From Callorhinchus milii (Eukaryota), in the NCBI RefSeq assembly GCF_018977255.1, contig NW_024704743.1, positions 105,526,001-105,590,000 of the forward strand: DNA of 64,000 nucleotides, written 5' to 3'. The notes beneath the pieces are model-generated. The model was given only the letters and a program-made list of their open reading frames with translations. It was not told the origin of the DNA and did not search any database. Shown here piece after piece: positions 62,530 through 64,000 of the stretch; positions within the stretch are counted from its first letter, which is position 1, and the number at the start of each line of letters is the position of its first letter. A program made the translations under genes and the position numbers.

Positions 62530-62850
62530 ACTTTATTTTGCTCACAAACTACAGTCACTCCACTTTACAATATATCCTGTGTCACTCATTAAGACACCTC
62601 AACGACGTGACAAAGCACTGTATCAAATGCAAGGATTATTATTATTCAAAACGAGAAGGAATTTTTCCCAGGTGTCATGATTATAAATTATCCAGATAAT
62701 GTTATTTTTCTTTTCATGGCTGTTTATGTGACCTTGCTGTGTGCAAATTGTCTTCCTTGCTTACCTAACAAATATTCTGTCACTTCAAGTGTCAACAACA
62801 ATTGTGAAATGCTTTGAGATGTTTTGACATTATAGGACAATATATATTAT
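62530..62850 (+). mobile_element. Two SINE 3' fragments
   Basis: Tails ending atcaaatgcaaggattattattatt and tgctttgagatg. Confidence 0.65.
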
Positions 62851-64000
62851 ATATATTCATTCCAGGAGTAATGTGTTTCATGGCAATGGGCCTTGAACCT
62901 ATTCACTCAAACCTCCAATTTGTACACATTTGACAAAACAGCTATGTGAAAAGCACAGAGCATAATGTTCAATTTTTTAACTAATTGGGTCAGTACTGTA
63001 GTCACAGTCACATTGCCATGGTACACCAGCCACTATGTGCCTCTAAATGTGCAACAATTAGATCAATTTAAAGCATCCAATAAATTTCAACAAAATCTGA
63101 ATTTTATTAATTAAATATTTGCCACTTTTAAATTCTAGTAAGTTGAAGGAAGCATGTTGCGCACATTTAAACATTTCATCAAATGATTATTCAATTTTTT
63201 TAAATAAAACAGCAGAATGTCCACATTAACAAATGTTAAGCAAACAGCAATGGAATTAATTTATTTTCTACAGCTGGTTTTATCTAAATCACAGCCAACA
63301 TACTAAGAGTTAACAAAGCTGGCATTAATTCAACACAAATTTTTATCATCTCTTAAAATAGAGCCAATAATTACAAATTAAATTGCTATGTTCCTATTCA
63401 CCTGCACTGTGTAAAGTTATGTTGCTATCGTATTTGCCATTTGAGATTCTGCAGCAACCTTGTCATTATTGTGTAAGAAGTGATAATTGTTTTTTTTAAA
63501 TAAAGGTGTCTTTGGAAAGTCAAATGGTTAAGAAATTGGTTATTTATGTTTCTTAATGGTTCAAATATTAAACCTTTGACATAAACAATGTTAAAATTAT
63601 TGAATATAATCCAAAAATAAATTCAGAAAGTGCTGTTTGTTGCTGAGGATTTATTTGTGAGGTTGCAAAAATCTCAAAGTAGATTGAGGCCTCTGACTCT
63701 GACAACATTCATTCCAGGGTTACATATTTAATTGTCTCAATTGATTGCAAGTCTCGTCACGGATATTTTTCAGAGTTCATTAAACTCAATGAAATGCCAG
63801 AGGATTTGGAAAACAGAGAAAAAGGGGGGCTACTGTATATCTGACATCGAATGTGGGAAAACTGCATAAAAAATACTAATAAAAGGTAATCTAAGGGATC
63901 ATCCTTAGAAGTATTGATTTGAGGCATACAGCAGAGATTTAGAAATGGGAATTTATTAGATTTCTTCAAGTGAGTTTCAGTTTCAGTCTTGAGACTGTGA

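Overview
Vertebrate genomic DNA, AT-rich and repeat-dense. The repeat complement (L2, CR1, Deu-domain SINEs) suggests a cartilaginous fish, possibly a chimaera; this is inference. The only host gene I can support is the last two coding exons of an opioid-receptor GPCR on the minus strand (61081-60729 and 58150-57624, canonical GT-AG, frame-compatible); its first coding exon lies beyond the right edge. The receptor is kappa-like overall, but several subtype-diagnostic positions are mu-, delta- or nociceptin-like, so it may be an extra kappa-like paralogue rather than the OPRK1 orthologue. A candidate poly(A) signal at ~53150 implies a ~4.5 kb 3'UTR. The other ~53 kb contain no recognisable gene. 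They are filled with decayed L2 and CR1 LINEs, two tRNA-headed SINE families sharing an L2-derived tail, several MITEs, a remnant reverse transcriptase of a different non-LTR clade, and an unclassified A-tailed structured repeat present four times. I found no CRISPR array, intact transposon ORF or clearly new multi-gene system. Repeat boundaries were read by eye and are approximate unless a target-site duplication (TSD) or terminal inverted repeat (TIR) is quoted.
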